This document shows, piece by piece, positions 1 through 15,249 of a stretch of 64,000 nucleotides of DNA (position 1 is its first letter; each line of letters starts with the position of its first letter). The notes beneath the pieces are model-generated. The model was given only the letters and a program-made list of their open reading frames with translations. It was not told where the DNA came from and did no database searches. Where the stretch lies: the NCBI GenBank assembly GCA_964016885.1, contig OZ024741.1, positions 202,926,001 through 202,990,000 on the forward strand. Reading direction: 5' to 3'. The DNA is from Eledone cirrhosa. Taxonomy: Eukaryota. Position numbers and translations under genes: made by a program.

Positions 1-1001
1 TACACATATACACACACAATACATACGTGCAAACCCGCATACACACACAAACACAAAACTCACGTATACACATAACCATATACACATGTACCAGTATATA
101 TAATATAATATATACGCCTATAACAAATACAAGCAAATATACGTTCGAAAAAGTATACGTACCTTCACAAAACATACAGGTAATATATACTTACCTATAC
201 AAATAAGTAATGGTATAAACATAAAAGATACTTAGCTAACACATCAAGACGTAAGAAATCCGCGCATAGTTCGTACTATCCGTTAGGGTATAATGTGGGG
301 CTGTAATACAGGAAAGTTTTGTGCAATTTATGTTTACAAGCCGAAATTTCCTCAGATTTTTTGTTTAAGATGTGGTCATTGGCGTAGAGTATTTCCAGGG
401 CTTCAGCGGCGCAGAGGTCACATGGTCTTTTATTTCCGTTATACGATCTAGCTTAGGCTAGGATCTCCGAGTGTAACCTATATTGGGCGTGGTTGTCTTT
501 TAGACTCCAGATATAAGCTGAAAGTGACGTCATATTCCTTCTTAAAGGGTTAAGAAAAGAATGGGTATGCATGTAAAGACGCTGCTTGAATCTATTGGCG
601 GTTAACCATATGTAGGCCCTACGGGACGTGGGTGTTTCAACCTTACATTTGTAGACAATATTACATGAGAGGCATTTCCCGGATAGGGGGCAGTCAACCC
701 GATTCCTACAATTACAGTTAATACTAGCTACAGGGTTACACATGTTCCTACGGCTAGGTAGTTTAGCTAAATTTGAAGCAGTGATGTTATGTGCAAGGTT
801 AGGAGTCGTAGAGTAAGAAATTTTAATGGTATTTCTATTAAAAAATTTATTATATTTATGTGCTGGGGGAAATGCTTCATAATGAGGGAGAGAAAGATCT
901 TAGCTAATGGTGTGGCCACCTCCATATTATATGGTGGGTTATACCATATAAATAATGCGTCGGGATCTATTTTTACTAGGTCTATGCTCATACTCGGTAT
1001 A
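1..1001 (-). mobile_element. Penelope-like element (family A), 5'-truncated 3' fragment
   Basis: ORFs 767-991 (IWYNPPYNMEVAT..KHFP) and 453-743 (CNCRNRVDCPLSGKCL..IVYKCKV..AYIWLTANRFKQRL) are the RT-thumb linker, Cys-rich linker and C-terminal GIY-YIG endonuclease. Colinear with ~50650-51618. Confidence 0.9.
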
Positions 1002-1058
1002 AGACCCCGTTAAGGGTGAAAGCAGCGATTCTTTGCTTAAATTTTAATCTGTTATTTT

Positions 1059-1060
<2 letters not shown>
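1002..1060 (+). mobile_element. Inverted family-A pLTR fragment (HHR-like 3' part) at the 5' truncation point
   Basis: agaccccgttaagggtgaaaagcagcgattctttgcttaaattttaatctgttatttt matches 55711-55767, in the opposite orientation to the adjacent PLE body. Confidence 0.8.
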
Positions 1061-1535
<475 letters not shown>

Positions 1536-1974
1536 CTACATCTTACTAAAGCTATACACGGAAACGGTAGGGCCACATACACTGGCAGATTCGGTTACCG
1601 AAAACCGAATATTATGAGAAATATAGACTTCTTTCCTTTGTTTCTTACACTGAAAAAGTATTTAAAACAAATAAATAAATGTATAATAAGGGTGACTAGA
1701 CTGTTTGAATGGAATTCGGACAACAATGAACTTGTAGTGTCACTGAGAAACGTTGAAAGGTTGTACATATTTTTAGCATTTTAACTGATGGAATGAAGAC
1801 ATAAAATGTAGGTCAGTTTGTCTTTCTCCATGATTTGAGAAGTGTAACGTAATGAGCTGTGGAGGAATTATTCTATAATAGCAACTACAAATATTACAGA
1901 CAAAAGAATGTTGCTTAAAGTCTCTATTTCAACACTGGTCCTTGATGGGATCATATAGAACAATGATTCTCAAC

Positions 1975-2109
1975 CGAGGGACACTTGACTCCCAGGGAGG
2001 AAATTTAGCCAATACAGGAATTGGGGGATGATTCCAAACTGAGAAAGAATAGTGTACACTGTATATATAACAAATGAAGCATCAGTATACCCAACTATAG
2101 TGTACATTG

Positions 2110-2112
<3 letters not shown>
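1975..2112 (+). repeat. Unclassified interspersed repeat (second copy at ~47210-47370)
   Basis: Both copies share tccaaactgagaaagaatagtgtaca...tatacccaactata.tgtacattgtg. Confidence 0.7.
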
Positions 2113-2857
<745 letters not shown>

Positions 2858-3239
2858 CGTAGGAAGGAGATCGATCGTCATACCAGATCAAGGTGACTGA
2901 TTCCATTGGTCTTTTCATTGCTGATACTATCTGCCGGTTGCAAATCCTGGCTGACGTGTTTCTTTTCTGGGGCTAGATTTGAACCCGTGGCGCCCAGAGC
3001 CGTAACATATACTGCAAAGCAACCTATCCGACTCAATAATTTTACAAATCCAATTTATTAATCTACCATATTATATAATTGTTTCTACTTTAAGCACAAG
3101 GCCAGCAATTACCCAGTACATTACTGGAATGTCTTTCTTTTTAAATGTTAGTGTGAGATTTGATTTTTCGCTACTCCTTTAGCAGGTCATGTGATCACGC
3201 AGAAGTTGCTTCGTTGGTTGGTGCTAGTGTTAGGTATGA

Positions 3240-3670
3240 CACCTTCACGGAAAAATACATTACAATTGTAACACAATATTCCTGTAATTACATACTTGCT
3301 TTTGAGAGAGACCAATAAATGAGCACAGGCGTGTATCCCTAACTTTGTTCTCAGGGAGATTCAGCGTAACACAGTGTACGGCAAGATTGGCCCTTTGTAT
3401 TAAAAGTACAGTCCATATTTATTATAGCGCTAGTGGCTGAGCATTCCACAGACAGGTGTATCCTTAAAATATTTCTCATGGATATTCAGCGTGACACAGT
3501 GTTTGATGATGCTGGTCTTTTGAATTACAGACACAACTCATTTTTCCAGTTGAATGGACTGGAGCATTATGAAATAGTGTCTTGCACAAGGGTATAATGC
3601 GCCGCCGGGAATCAAGCTCATGATTTTTCGATCGTGAACCGAACACCTTAACCACTAAGACGCGTGCCTT
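3240..3670 (-). mobile_element. tRNA-head SINE, family 2 (partly duplicated)
   Basis: ggactggagca..tgaaat..tcttgc.caagg..aatgcgccgccgggaatc..accttaaccactaag motif; related copies near 16560-16740, 36955-37250, 48620-48760, 58860-59210 and 60380-60640. Confidence 0.7.
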
Positions 3671-4199
3671 CACATTTAGAAATAGTGTATCATAGATCAT
3701 CGATGCGTGTGAAGTCGCATTACAGAAAATGAGAATCATGTAGCAGCTGCCTACAACCAGAAACATGAGCTATTCATTCACTAGTATTACACAAGTGTCA
3801 ACTTAGTTCCCTTCATCCTAGCAAGTGGACCATCACTAATAACATAATCATCAGTTAGCCTGATGCACCTGCAGGTTGCTGATATACAATCTTCAACAAT
3901 ATCACGTTTTCTATAACTCACAAACCATAAAATATATCATTTCAACAGTTGGAGATTTATTACAGTTTTGCAGACTGCGCCAACAGCTATTAAGAATGCA
4001 GACACATTTTCAAACTTAAATGCAGCAACTAGAAAAATACCAGTGACTGTAACAATGAATATGTCAACTGCAGTCGATATTGTCGACACTGCAAGAAATA
4101 TATTTTCAGCTCTCAACATTTTGTGTCTCTGATGAAAACTCACACCAATTGTTCTTGCCATTTTCTATACTCTGTTAGAAAGAAGGAACACGCATTTAA

Positions 4200-4490
4200 C
4201 TCCTAGTGGAATCTTAGGGGCGCCGTCTTGATACGCGGTGTGTCTTGAGTATTTTTAACCTGGCCGAGCCCATCTCTCTGCAGGTCTAAACAGCCGATTT
4301 TTATTCCTGAGAAGGAGAGATAACAAGAGAAAGTTATAGAGATAGAGGAAGTATCGACTTTAATAGTGGACTGGTACTTTATTTATAGACCTCGGAAGGG
4401 TGAAAGGCAAAGTTGACCTCGGTGTGATTCGAACACAGAGAACTGGAGTGGATACCGCAATCAGACTATCGGACGTTCTAACGACTCTGG
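4200..4490 (-). mobile_element. tRNA-head SINE, family 1, with CT linker and conserved tail
   Basis: Reverse complement of the core gaggtcaactttgcctttcacccttccgaggtctataaat, plus the tail motif seen in other copies. Confidence 0.75.
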
Positions 4491-4789
4491 TTTTGTTGGA
4501 TGATTTTAGGTAGAAATTCACCGTAGAACGAATTCATTTCCAGTATTGAACAATTGGATTGCACCTTTAATCTCTGGATAAATTTCGTTTTTCAGTTTCG
4601 AAAAGTTTATTTAGGAATTCCTTAGCTTATTTTCATTTAGTTCCATAAGTCTGTTAAGACTTTTCAAAGAATTTGATAAACTCTTTTTAACAGATCAAGA
4701 GCTTCAATTGGTCCAATGATATAGATAGAATTTCTCAATGGACAATACACATATTTGACGTGTGGGTTTACGCTCTGTAAAATGGTGAC

Positions 4790-5065
4790 AAATTGGCAGT
4801 CGTTAGGGCGTCAGATTAACTGCATCGGTTTTTCTTCTGGCCCATGCCTTCTGAGTTCAAATCCCGCTCTGGTCAACTTTGCTTTTCGTCACTTCGATGG
4901 TGATTAAGTACCAATTCAGTACTGGAATCGATTCTTCCACTATTTTTTAAAATCATTTTCTCTCTTTCTCTCGTTTTCTCTGTAAGAAATTGACTGTATT
5001 CCAACCTGGAAATGGACGCCTCCACCAGGTTTAAATGTTACGATGACACTTCTACAACTCCAAGT
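4790..5065 (+). mobile_element. tRNA-head SINE, family 1
   Basis: A-box-like ttggcagtcgttagggcg, B-box gagttcaaatcc, core ggtcaactttgcttttc, CT linker and tail. Confidence 0.75.
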
Positions 5066-6600
5066 ATTAATGGACCAGTAACTCTAATTATCCAGCAAAC
5101 GAAACAGCGGCTAGTGGGAACCGAACCATCGCTGCCAATTATACTTGGTGAGTCAATCTAAGCTCCATGACGTTCAACATTATGAAGAACCACCACGATA
5201 ACAATAACAATAGCAATGAAAATATTAATAAAGAATAAATAGAAAATAATGAGGCTAAATATAACAAACGGATATATTTAGACAAATGGATATATTGTTT
5301 TTGTTGGAGACAAGTCTCCTTTGAAAATCTTATTTTCACTTAAAAAACAAACAGAGATAAAATCACATGAAGAGATTTGTGAAAATATAACTGGAAAGGC
5401 ATAGAAATACAAACCATGATGCCGTACAAAATGTTATGTGATTAACATTTTCAATATATGAAAACACTTGTTTTTAGTCTCTTTCGTTGATGTAACACTC
5501 ACAATTTAGGCAATAGAAGCTCTACAGAAATTGTGTCATTTCATTTTTGTTTGTAGTTTCCAACTTAACATTTTCAACCAACGCAAAATAGGAAGTGAAA
5601 TTATTCAAATCTCCACACATGCAGATAGTTACGATGCATGTATCATACAGCATCTCGGCTTGTCAAAATCATTATATCATTCTAAATATATTTCTTCTCT
5701 CAGTTGTTTTATTCTAAGTGATTTTAAAAAGACTCCCTCGACAATTTTATCAGTTAATATTTCAGAGAGATCCTTAACATGTGAGTAATATCAGCTAACA
5801 ACTTTCTCAATAAAGTGAACAGACATTCTGTCACAACTACGATGTCTTTTTTGGGGGAAACGCCTTCAGATGTCAGCTTTAACTTGTAGGCTTTCTAAAG
5901 CCAATGGAACTATATCAAATTAATCTCTGTCATTCTCTCTCTCTCTCCTTATCAATCTATCTTTGCCTGTCTGTAGGCCTGCCTGCCTGTATGTCTGTCT
6001 GTTTGACTCTATATTTCTCTGTTTGTCATCCTCTTTCTCTATTCCTCTCCACCCTCTCAATTCGATTAGTTCCATAAAATAGGTACAAGAGTAAATTGTG
6101 GCTGTGATGATATCTTCTGAAGATTACACGTGAACTGAGAAACTAGCTACTAATGAGAAGAAATAGTAGTCGTCTTATTAGAACAACTGTTGTTTTCCTC
6201 GCAAATTGACACACATACGCGCGCGCGCACGCACACATGCGTACACACATCAGAAAAATTATATTTACTTTGAAAGTTGGTTAGATCAGCATACGGCGAA
6301 ATATATATCCAAAGTCGTGTCAAAGCATGTTTGGTGGTCTACACGATAAAAGCACTTAATATACGCTGTAAAGTCGTTGGTGTTAGGAAGTGCATCCAGT
6401 CGTCGAAAACTTGCCAAACAAAGGGTTAGAAGGACCCTCAATTGTGTCAAAGACATGACAACTTCTCTGTGCACTTGTTAGAACGTGAGATTGTATATAA
6501 GTGACCGTAAACTGAATACTACCTCCCACATTAACATTAGAAAACACTAACTGTTTCGATGGCGACAATCACACACACACACACGCACACACACGCACGC

Positions 6601-6672
<72 letters not shown>

Positions 6673-7307
6673 GCCAATACGATATTACATTGTCATCTGA
6701 AGAATTTCAAGAGATTTGAGAAGAAATTAAAGAAATATATACCGTCCCTATCGAAGCCGTATAGAAAGCCTGTTTACCAGTTTCAATGATAGAAACAATT
6801 GCAAGGATATTAGATAATATATACAAACAGCCAAGACTAAAGCTAGCCATGCTACCAACCAACTTATTGAAGAAACATCGGAAATACCCATTCGGTGCCC
6901 ACTAGTCAGTTTATATAAACAAAAAGATAGATTAGTGAAAGGGGTCTCCCCGAGGGCCCACATTCGCGGCATTCTACCAGACATAAAGAAAAAAGTATTG
7001 CCAAAACAAATTCTAAACAAACATGCGCACATACATGCGTGCGTGTGTGTGTGTGTGTGCATGTGTGTGTGTATGTGTGTATGTGTGTGTGTGTGTGTGC
7101 GTGTGTGTGTATGTGGGCGTGTGTGAGTGTGGGGGTATATGTGTGTGTGACCATTCTTGGTATGGACTAATATAGACCGTGTTCTAGACAAAACATAAAC
7201 GACTATGGAAATAGCCTGCCTGTCTCTCCTCTACCTGTCTCTCTTTACCTGTCTGTCTCCATCTCCGTCTCTCACTCTCTGTCTCTCTTTCTTTGTCTGT
7301 TTGTCCG

Positions 7308-7363
<56 letters not shown>

Positions 7364-7421
7364 CGTCTGTCCCTATCTATCTCTCTTTCTCTCTGTCAGT
7401 CTGTCTCTCTCTTTCTGTCAG

Positions 7422-7452
<31 letters not shown>

Positions 7453-7554
7453 ATCTCTCTCTGTCTCAGTCTGCCTGTCTCTGTTTGTCTGTTTGTCTGT
7501 TTGTCTGCCTCTCTCTCTGTACTATAGAGAGAATGTGGTGCATATATATATACA

Positions 7555-8130
7555 TATGAGCGGAACAAGTAAACGTTAAACAATATTTTAAATAAATTAA
7601 AATACGATTTAAATATTTACCTCTTCTAGTGCCATGACCGACGATTTCGCTAATCAAAAGATTGGAAATTCAGAGAATTTCCAATGGAAAGATATAGCTC
7701 TCCAGATAGCTTTTCCAAAGCTACTAGATATAAATCCACGTAGATGTGGATGTATCGCTTTCTGCCCGGTGAATGAATCAAGCCGTTAAAATGACCACCA
7801 CACAAATGGGCCGTTAGAAAAAGAGGGAATAATAGACTCGTTGATATTTCATGTTACTAGAAATAGCAGCATGATACAATATTTTTTTCTCAACATTAAG
7901 GAGAATTCAGATAAATGATTTATATATTCTAGTAGGTACTAAGTACCCACGGAAATATATATGGTGTCTATAATAGTGGTTGTTCCATGGTACTAATTTG
8001 AGATACCAGAACTGTAAATATGAGCGGAACAAGTAAACATTAAACAATCTTTTAAATAAATTAAAATACGATTTAACTATTTAGCTCTTCTAGTGCCATG
8101 ACCGACGGTTTGGCTAATCAAAAGATTGGA
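7555..8130 (-). repeat. HHR-bracketed non-coding unit with ~110-bp direct repeats (7555-7666 / 8019-8130), period 464 nt
   Basis: atatgagcggaacaagtaaac...gccatgaccgacg.ttt.gctaatcaaaagattgga occurs twice; each repeat carries an HHR 3' half on the minus strand. Confidence 0.75.
7631..7710 (-). ncRNA. Type I hammerhead ribozyme with an A6->G lesion
   Basis: Minus strand: gcuau-CUGGAGA-GCUA..auuggaaauuc/gaauuuccaau..UAGC-GAAA-ucgucg-GUC-auggc; stems I, II and III pair. Confidence 0.75.
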
Positions 8131-8139
8131 TATGTAAAA

Positions 8140-8474
8140 GATAAACAGAAATAACAACATAATCGGTACAGTATATGGAAGGTATATAATTAGGTTAACG
8201 TTTGATATAGCAGGAAGAGGGTCTTAACGTTTCGGACGCTAGAAAGAATGAGAAATAAGATAGATTGAGGGGACGGGCGGGTTGGAATTGGAAAAAATGT
8301 TTTTAGGTAAAAATAACAGGTCCATTCATGTTGACATCTCTTGCAAAACTGTTGGTGCTGGCGTTTTGTTTATGATATACTTTTTTTTTTAGAAAAGTGG
8401 ATGATGGCGCGCGTCTACCTGAAATGGAAAAAAACCGTTTTGTAAAAAGAGCTCTACTCGTGCACGTACGTAAG

Positions 8475-8555
<81 letters not shown>

Positions 8556-8770
8556 ATATGTCCGTACAAAGCTAAGAGGAAATGTGTGTGTATATGTAAG
8601 TAAAAGAGTGTGTGTGCATATAAGTACGAAGCTATGAGCAAAATTATGTTAATATAAGGGTGTGTCTGTGTGTATACAGAGCAGTGAAGGGAAAAGTGGA
8701 GTGAGCATATATAATCGGCATGTATTAGTTGTAAGAGAATATATGATATGTGTATGTGTGTGTATGTGTG

Positions 8771-8803
<33 letters not shown>

Positions 8804-9800
8804 AAAAGGTAAACAGAAATAACAACTCAAACGGTACAGAATATGGAAGGAATATATTATCTTAACGCTTGATATAGCATGAAGAGTGTCTTAATGTTTC
8901 GTACGCTAATCCGTCATCAGAAGAAAGAATGAGAAATTAGAAAGATTGAAGGGACGGGAAGGGCGAATCTGAAAAAATGTTTTTAGAGAAAAATAATAAG
9001 TCCATTCATGTTGCCATCTCTTGGAAAAATGTTTATGCTGGCGTTTTGTGTACAATATACTTTTTTTTAGAAAAGTGGATGATGGAGTTCGTCTATCTCT
9101 TTCAGAAAGATGCGCTCCATCGGACTAGCGTCCGAAACGTTAAACCCTCTTCCTGCTATTTCAAGAGTTAAACTAATATGTTCCTTCCATATACTGTACC
9201 GTTGTTTTGTATATAGAGCTATAGGTGTGCACGTGCGTATTTGTGTGTGTAAGTATTGTTATACGTCCGTACAAAGCTAAGAGGATATGTGTTTGTATAT
9301 GTAAGTAAAAGAGTGTGTATGTGTGTTTGTAAGTATGAAGCTGTGAGCAGAATTATGTTAATATAAGGGAGTGTGTGTGTGTGTGTATATACAGAGCTGT
9401 GAAGGGAAAAGTAAAGCTGTGTGTGCGTATTTAGTTGGTCTGTATCAGCTGTACGAGTATATGTTTCTGACCATAAGAGAGCCATGGGAATCTAGGGATG
9501 AATGTACAAGCAGGTGTGTGATAACGGACAGGGTAAACGTGGCGGGAGGGGGGGGGGTAGAGAGTAAGCACGAATGTCTATGTGTAATATTAAAGAAATT
9601 AGGAAGGGGAGTTGAGTCATGAGAGAAACAGGATTCAAGGTGGAAAATCAATCAGACTCTGCTCAGTCCTGGTGTGCGAGGCCTGTGATCCGTGATGTAA
9701 AAGGATACCAAGGACTGAGACACGTAGGGAAGAGTGACCCGGGGAACGGAAATGACGGGTGACGGAGGTATCCATACCGAGTTATATTTCTCTGATGTTG
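8140..9800 (-). mobile_element. PLE family C remnant: GIY-YIG C-terminus, 3'UTR and rearranged pLTRs
   Basis: Minus 9610-9800 reads (with frameshifts) QHQRNI..SVTRHFRSPGHSSLRVSVLGILLH..TRTEQSLI.FHL. Direct repeats 8140-8420 / 8810-9095 and 8440-8700 / 9210-9415; inverted pLTR piece 9121-9203. Confidence 0.8.
8888..8925 (-). ncRNA. Minimal hammerhead ribozyme in a PLE pLTR (partly decayed)
   Basis: ucuu-CUGAUGA-cgga uuagcg uac-GAAAC-auu-aaga. Sister halves at 8222-8242(-) and 9121-9142(+) give a consensus stem II GGAC-UAGC-GUCC and GAAACGUU. Confidence 0.75.
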
Positions 9801-9961
9801 GGTTTGAATAGTTTTTAGGATTCCCCAGTTCAGCAGCCAGTACGTTAAAGAAAATTGATAGTTAAAACAATAAAGGCTGAACAGAGAACACATTTTTTAA
9901 CAAACTTTACAATAATTTGTACAACCATAATGGAAATTCCAAGTAACAGAAAATACATAAA

Positions 9962-10165
9962 TTACATTGTTAGAGCCTCAGAGTATACAATATTTTTTGT
10001 TCGGCCCTCGGGAGCAAAGATGAAGAGATTGTTTGGCGAACTCACCCTAGAGCATCCTACATACAATTGACCATGGGAGAAGCATGGTTTTCCCAGATGG
10101 AGGCCAGCCGCTTTTAGGGTTTGACCTTGAGCTTTGTTGATGGTAATCGCGAAGCTTAGTCTCTC
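9962..10165 (-). pseudogene. Helitron RepHel Pif1-type helicase C-terminal remnant
   Basis: RLSFAITINKAQGQTL..LHLGKPCFSHGQLYVGCSRV..KNIVYSEAL matches SF1B/Pif1 motifs V-VI. Confidence 0.9.
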
Positions 10166-10333
10166 TGTTGCTCTAGTAACATTTTTTCTTCTGGAAAATC
10201 TGATTTTGCGGCCAGGCTGGGACTTTTTGGGTGGCATATCGGCAGTAACAATGACGATAAGCCGTCTGTGCTTTCGTGAAATAAATACATTTGTTTATAT
10301 TTTGTTTTCGTGTATGCAAAAATATCTGTACAC

Positions 10334-10374
<41 letters not shown>

Positions 10375-10376
<2 letters not shown>

Positions 10377-10462
10377 CAATCTGTGAACGCAGAAATAAAT
10401 ATTTCGAAAGACGTTGCAGCCGAAGGAAAACAGGAAGACAATACTTTGGTTCGTGAAGACAG
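10375..10462 (-). mobile_element. Family-A PLE pLTR fragment
   Basis: Matches 50037-50122 (aatcaatctgtgaacgcagaa...ttggttcgtgaagac). Confidence 0.85.
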
Positions 10463-10808
10463 ACAGATATTATAAGCGTGCGACGTTATAGCTATGTATG
10501 TTATGCAGACAGACAGACATACAGAGACATATTATAAGGGCGCGACATTATAGCTATGTATCTATCTAAAAAGACAGACAAAGAAAGAGAGGGGAATGTC
10601 GTGTAACCGGAAGTGGTGATATTTGAAAATTTTAAAGAACTGATTATTTAAATAAACGATAAAATATCTTTAATCTTTTAACGAAATTTAGAAGACAACA
10701 ATACCCTCACTTTCTTACTTGGAAAAAGTTACATCTATGGTGCAAATTTGGTGCTGTTTGGTCCAGCCGTTTGGCGAAAAGCTTGTTACATACATACGGC
10801 CGTCTGCC

Positions 10809-10818
<10 letters not shown>
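10462..10818 (-). mobile_element. Non-autonomous Helitron-like element, 5' portion
   Basis: (ACAG)n subterminal repeats; ccggaagt..atttgaaaat and tgcaaatttgg..ccagccgttt blocks; ends in acatacatac..tataatata like other elements of this class here. Confidence 0.45.
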
Positions 10819-12656
<1,838 letters not shown>

Positions 12657-12682
12657 TCCTATATATATATATAAATATATAT

Positions 12683-12905
12683 ATAATATAAAACGAAAAA
12701 TCAGTGATGCATCTGAACTCAATTTATTGTGTGTTACACTTGAGAATATGCTCCGAAATCATTAGACGTGTCCGTCGAACTTGCGGGTCCAGAATCAGAC
12801 AGATCCACACAATGATCGCGTCTCGAGCTGTCCGGCGGCGAAACAATTGTAACACACAATAAATTGAGTTCAGATGCATCACTGATTTTTCGTTTTATAT
12901 TATAT
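12683..12905. repeat. ~56-bp perfect inverted repeat with an HHR 3' half; probable PLE pLTR fold-back
   Basis: atataatataaaacgaaaaatcagtgatgcatctgaactcaatttattgtgtgttaca and its reverse complement; gcGAAACaattGTAacacacaataaa at 12838-12863. Confidence 0.8.
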
Positions 12906-12974
12906 CATACCCTGCTCTGTAAGAACATAGTGTGCTCAACCGGCATACCGCCTATGGAAGCATCTTAGCTACCA

Positions 12975-13093
<119 letters not shown>

Positions 13094-13170
13094 CATATAT
13101 TGTATATACATATAAACACACATGTATATATATATGTATACATGCATATATGTATTGTACACATATACAC

Positions 13171-13240
<70 letters not shown>

Positions 13241-14191
13241 ACCCTCTCTCTCTCTGTCACACACACACACATATATATAATGGGAAAAAACCAGTTTCTT
13301 ATGTGAAACTGGAAAAGTTTTCTCTGTGTCTAATATTCATGCATGTCTGGTTGTGTTAGGCTTAATGGCTTTATTACATTTAGAGGAAATGAAATAACAT
13401 GTAAGTTTTTTAGTGGCAGTTATATAAATAATAAACACGAAGACCGTAAACACTGTAGCGGATGGTGGAGGGAAAGTAGTGAGGATTGAGTCGTTATTTC
13501 AGAAAAAAATCACTGCTACGAAGGCTTTCTTTATTAACTGAAGTTTTAATTTTTTGTAATATGTCTTAAAATGTTCTGTAGAAAGCTGGAAGACTGTTGT
13601 TGTTGTATGTTGAATTCAAAATAATAGGAAACATACACTAAATTGACCTCGTTTGGACGCAAATGAATGTCATTGAGGGGGTTAACTCCTTGAGAATGTT
13701 TACAAAGATGGAAAAAAGTTAGCTAATGATGTCTTTTCAAATTGCTTATTTAGAAGCCCATCTCGAGGCTATTAAAGCTAAGAGATACTAGCCAAACAAA
13801 CAACGAAATGAGACAAGGACCACACACAACAATACTCAATGCTGTACTGTCCATAGACATGAGACTAAGAATAGCAATAATTATTTGTCAATATGCAGTG
13901 TTTAAACTGATTTTTAAAGTACAGGTATATTTTCAGTTGATTTATGCTTTGAGATTTATTCAAATGTAAATTTAATTTATGTGTATAAACAGGTTTTATT
14001 TCCTGTCCCCCTTTTCCGTTTCCAGGAGTACTTTAACACACTTTTTTCAACTATTATTTATGGCGATCGACTATTAGTGTAGTCATCTGCGTTGGGACGA
14101 ATACATAGTTTACAGACCAGTCTATAAGAAAGATTCGGTTTAGTTATCATTGAGTAACGAGAAATGTTGAGAGGGAATTCATTGAGGTTCG

Positions 14192-14300
14192 ACTAGAGTT
14201 GATCATGTAAATAATACTAGAGCTGATAATGTAGATAATTCTAGAGATGATAATGTCGGTAATACTAGAGTTTATAATGTGGCTATGGCTAGAATTGATA
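14192..14300 (+). repeat. 24-bp degenerate minisatellite, about 4.5 units
   Basis: ctaga at 14193, 14217, 14241, 14265 and 14289. Confidence 0.85.
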
Positions 14301-15249
14301 AACCTCATTATAAGCACTAGCAAAAAAAACAAAAAAACAACAACCTTCGGGTGGTTTTCTACTAGCATGTGTAGTATGCATATTGATATTATACGCAAAT
14401 ATATATGCATTTAGATATGATATGCCAAATAAAATCGTAATTGAGAATATGCACTGAAATTGAAGAGAGACTGTGTTACACTCTGTTCTGCAATCAGTAA
14501 AGTAATCCATGATGCATTTTAAAAAGACGATATTATATATAAACTGCATTAGCGACGGAAATATATGAACGTTTATATAAACGATGTAATAAGTGTTATA
14601 ATATACTGGGCTCTAACCGGAAATGTTGACATTTGAAAATTAAAAAAAAGTGAATCTTGAAATAAGCAATAAAATTATTTATATTAAATCAAGAGTTACG
14701 AAATTTAGTACATAAATTATGAAATATTCATTCATTATTTAATCAAAGTAATCCAACTTATTTTACAAACGGGATTAAAAAACATATTCTGGACGCAGTC
14801 CCGCACTCCTTCCTTTATATGATTTGGAGAAATTTGAAAAACATTCTCCTATTCTCTTCGTGCACAGAAAAACGTGATTGCTATTATGTTTCGTGGCTTA
14901 TTGGCTTTTCATCAGAAAAGTTCCCATACTCTTCTGTCCACGAAAAGAACTCTAGTCAAATGCTATGTATATTGAAATGGTCACGTTAATCTGCATAATC
15001 TATATAATGTCATTCGTTGTCGGTATACTTAAATAATAAATGTTAATTAATGCACTACGAAGCGTATATTAGAAAATCTGAGACCTTTTGTCTAACACAG
15101 GCATTGAGAAAGACGACGACACGTTTCGAAGTTATGTATTTACAACATAATAAAACAAAATTCAACCAGTAAAGAAGGAGCGGGGCCTTAACACCTGGTG
15201 GAGCCGTTATAGGACGCCGTGCTGACACACGGTGTTTTTTGAACAATTA

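Noticed and set aside
6690-6810. CTGAAGA and GAAACAATTGCA motifs
   Set aside because: No consistent stems I and II; at best a heavily decayed motif.
14880-14920. CUGAUGA...GAAAC on the minus strand
   Set aside because: Stems I and II do not pair; likely chance.
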